From: Eledone cirrhosa
Taxonomy: Eukaryota
Reading direction: 5' to 3'
Assembly: GCA_964016885.1 (NCBI GenBank)
Contig: OZ024740.1
Span: 391,406,001-391,470,000 of the forward strand
Length of the DNA: 64,000 bases
In this document: one piece after another, positions 60,571 to 64,000 of the stretch
How the letters are laid out: the number at the start of each line of letters is the position of its first letter
Position numbering within the stretch: the first letter of the stretch is position 1
Position numbers and translations under genes: made by a program
Notes under the pieces: generated by a model
What the model was told of the DNA's origin: nothing
The model's database searches: none
Seen by the model: the letters and a program-made list of their open reading frames with translations, nothing else

Positions 60571-61246
60571 TTTTCTGATGGAATGAAACTGTCGCTATAG
60601 TCTGAACCAAGAATATGTTATGTAAACAAAATACAGAATGGACTGGGGGAGAAAATAGGGTGCGCATTAGGCTATGCAATAGGTATGCTCACTCAGGATT
60701 GTCACATGATCAAACAACAACTTGCAAGCAAATCACAAAGTCTCAAATTGTCACTCTCCCATGAAATCTAGCAATGAAATTACCTGAAATCACATACTAC
60801 CGGCTTAAAAAAGAAGGGATATATATGATAATGTAGTCCAAAATAGCAGCAAAAAAAAAAAACGAATGGCCAAGCTTGAAAGCATTTGTTAATGCTCAAC
60901 CAGTGCTGTCTTGTGGCTATCTAGCAACTACAAAAGGAGTGACCGTGAGGTCTAACCAAGGAAATTATGTTTACTTTGTTCTTTTCATTGCTGATATTAT
61001 CTGCCGGTTACAACTGCTGGCAAAGTCGCCACAGTTTTTCTGATAACAGGGAGCAGAATTTGAATTCAGAACGCACAAAGTCGGAACAGATACCATAAAA
61101 TATCTCACCCAATTCTTTAATAATTCCGCCAATAGACAGCTACTATATTTGCCGTGCCCGAACAACTGAAAGGCAATGTTGATCTCGATGATTTTTTAGC
61201 TAAGACCACAGAAAGCCGAAACAAATACGTAGACATTTAATATAAT

Positions 61247-61450
61247 TGTTTCTACTTTTGCACAAGGCCAGCAATAACCCAGTGCATTACTGGTACTTAT
61301 TTTATAGACCCCTTAAGGATGAAAGGCAAAGTTAACCTCGACGGGACTTGAACTCAGACCGTAAAGGGACGTAACTATGTTGGAAAGCATGGCGTCCGAC
61401 TCTCTACTGATACTGCCAATTCACTGCCCCTTGCCAATTTACCGCCCTTT
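61247..61450 (-). mobile_element. SINE S1 inserted at the tail of another S1
   Basis: 18-bp duplication gtagacatttaatataat at 61229-61246 and 61451-61468. Confidence 0.85.
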
Positions 61451-61468
61451 GTAGACATTTAATATAAT

Positions 61469-61652
61469 TGTTTCTACTTTTGGCACAAGGCCAGCAATTA
61501 CCCAGTGCATTACTGGTACTTTATTTTATCGACCCCGTAAGGATGAAAGGTAAAGTTAACCTCGGCGAGATTTGAACTCAGAATGGCAAGGGCCGTAACT
61601 CTATGCGTCAAAGCATGGCGTCCGACCCTCTACCGATACTGCCAATCCACCG
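61469..61652 (-). mobile_element. SINE S1
   Basis: Reverse-complement match to other copies. Confidence 0.85.
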
Positions 61653-62814
61653 AATGCCCTAAACACACTACCAATTCAACGCCACCAATTGCTAGCTATT
61701 GAGGGAGCTTTTATGCAGTAACTCACCCTTCTACAAATATCATCTAAATATCATGTAAAGAATGGAAAGCGGATAATGAATTTTTGTATACACTATAGCT
61801 AAAAAAAGGCAAGGTGGTCAAACTTGAAATGTTTTCGGTCATATTTCTGCTCATTTAGGGTTGAAATGTAATTAGTCAACAATAAAAATGTTTTACACAA
61901 CCTCTCTTTTAGATATTTTTATAAAGAGAATGTAGGTTGAAACGTGTGACTGTCTATAGAATAGAAATTGTGCAATTAGTTAGAATTACTTGCGTTAAAG
62001 ATGCATGACAAATTGAAGTTTTAGTTTGGATTATATCATATACACCTACTCAAACACTCACGTACACATGCAGACACATAGACAAGCGCACACTCACACT
62101 CACATGCGCACAGGAAAGCACCCGCGCACACACACATGCACACACGCATTTATATATTTGTGTAAGGAGAAGTGAGCGTGTATAAAATATGAGACAGGGT
62201 AATTATTCATAACTATAGCTCTTATTCTGATTGAGAGAGAACTTTTAATAGCTAATAATTAATCTATCTGATGCTAGGAAAGTGAAAGTAGTCACATACT
62301 GGAATATAATAACACCACTGGCTGCCTTCTGGTTGCTTTAACAATAACACGCAATATCTACATTGAGATCGTAATAAGCAGGCTAAACTTGAGTGTTTTG
62401 AGACGTACCTCTTTTGAAACTTTACCAAGTCAATATTACAAAAGAAGAGGTGGGAGAAAGAACATTTAAGAAAACTGTTGAGCGAGAAGCGAAATTATGA
62501 AAGTGAGAAAGTATAGAAGGAATTTAAACGAGAGAAAAAACTAATATGTACGATTGTAAGTTTTCGGACTACTGTCTTTTGGGATGAAATCTCGTTTTAG
62601 TATTTAGATTTACATAATATTTGAAATCCCAAACGTTATTATTTGTGTTAATACTTGTCATAAGTATCCACTAGGCCACTGTGGCACCATATTGTATGTG
62701 AATGCTAGAGTACAAGAGAATTGAAATTCAGCAAACTATAAACATTTTTCTCTTCGTCATCCAGGATCCATAACCTTTATACCATCACCTCCTCCTCCTC
62801 CTCCTCCTCCTCCT

Positions 62815-63680
62815 CCTCGAGATTTCTAGAGTGGTGGGCAAGTGCGACGACACACTCGAAGGGGCTCTGGGTCTCGACGAAATTAATCTAACCAGTCTGT
62901 TCTGGAAGACTTTCGAGCCGGGAACTATGGATAACTTCTAGAAATCCCTCGCTTGGCAGTTCTACCGAGGGCAGTTCTGCCAGTTCGATATAAACTCTAC
63001 AGGCACGGAAGTGCTGTCAGACGGATCTGCTCGAGTTGTGCACAGAGCAACGAAAGCGGTCTGCACGCCCTCGTCCAATGTCTGTGCATTACTGACTTGT
63101 GGAGTTATGTCGAACAGCTGTTGTCGCATGTAGAACGGATCCAGCTATCGGCCGAGTCCATAGTAAAGATCGCCCCGCCGCCTTATTTTGGCCAGGAAGG
63201 ACAGGCAGTGTTCCTCTGTTTGTTGGAGGTAGAGAAAGTGGTTGTGTGGTGGACCAGGCTGAAAGGACTGAAGACAGACACTTTTCTCTATGGCTAATTC
63301 CTCGTCAACTTTTTCAAGTTTCACTTGGAAAGGAAGATGAGGGTAGAGATAGAAGTGCTGCCCCACAGTGCATTTGCTAAAAGGAGGGCGAATGTGGCGA
63401 GAATGGCTGAGCATGTGCATGTAGGCCGGTTGATTTGAGGTGGAGAGGAGTGCCCTGCCTTGGTGCCCTCGAAGTCGGGTGGTTCAGGATTTGTGGAGTA
63501 CCCGAGTCACCCCTAAGTGGTTATCCCCCGTATTTGGGGAATTTATATTGTTATAATTGTATTGTTTATTTTGTTGTTTTTATATTGCTTACTCGATTTT
63601 CGTATAACCACTCCACTGTCCACGTCTAATGTATTGTCCCCTACAAGTAGGCCCTAGTGTCCAATAAAGAAATTATTTAT
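62815..63680 (+). mobile_element. Old 5'-truncated L1/Tx1-type fragment following (CCT)10
   Basis: LPVRYKLYRHG..ICSSC..H..C..WWTRLKGLKT is homologous to the ORF2 C-terminus, with stops and frameshifts; AATAAA at 63663. Confidence 0.85.
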
Positions 63681-63711
63681 TTCATCGACCCCGTAAGGCT
63701 AAGAGGTGTAT

Positions 63712-63860
63712 CCCGCCGAGGTTAGCTTTGCCTTTCATCTTAACGGGGTCAATAAATGAAGTACCAGTAACGCACTGGAGTCGATTTAATCGACTTTCTC
63801 CTCCCTCTTCAAATTGCTGGCCTTGTGCCTAAAGTAGAAACAATTATTATTATTATTATT
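63712..63860 (+). mobile_element. 5'-truncated SINE S1 with (ATT)n tail
   Basis: cccgccgaggttagctttgcc...gtagaaacaattattattatt. Confidence 0.8.
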
Positions 63861-64000
63861 ACCGTTATTGAAAAATTATTACTATCCTTCTTAGATTTAA
63901 CATTTTAAAATCTTTTTTATAATTATCATTATTATTGTTATCTTGATTCTCAAATTAGCGTTCGTACTACAACTGCTAAAGCTACTATTTCTAGTGTTAG

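Overview
Eukaryotic, AT-rich, microsatellite-dense and repeat-dominated DNA. The SINE families resemble those of octopod cephalopods, but this is inferred from memory of those families. No host protein-coding gene could be supported. The centrepiece is an 18.7-kb head-to-tail array (25040-43725) of L1/Tx1-type non-LTR retrotransposons joined by (ATT)n: one 5'-truncated copy plus three full-length copies (A1, B, A2), sitting in the (ATT)n tail of a SINE. The copies share a near-identical ORF2 (APE endonuclease, RT, CCHC) but carry two very different 5'UTR+ORF1 modules. The swap point is a GTAAGT splice-donor-like motif containing the ORF1 stop codon, which could splice in frame either into ORF2 or into the 3'UTR. 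Sister fragments form a second small array in (ATCT)n. A tRNA-derived SINE has a LINE-like 3' end and target duplications starting with ATTAT, suggesting this LINE mobilises it. The left part holds several (TA)n-associated fold-back Penelope-like/retrozyme-like repeats with type I hammerhead ribozymes, one family having a U3-A8 variant core. Decayed RTE, R4/Dong and hAT remnants are also present. Alignments, identities and folds were judged by eye; no searches were run.
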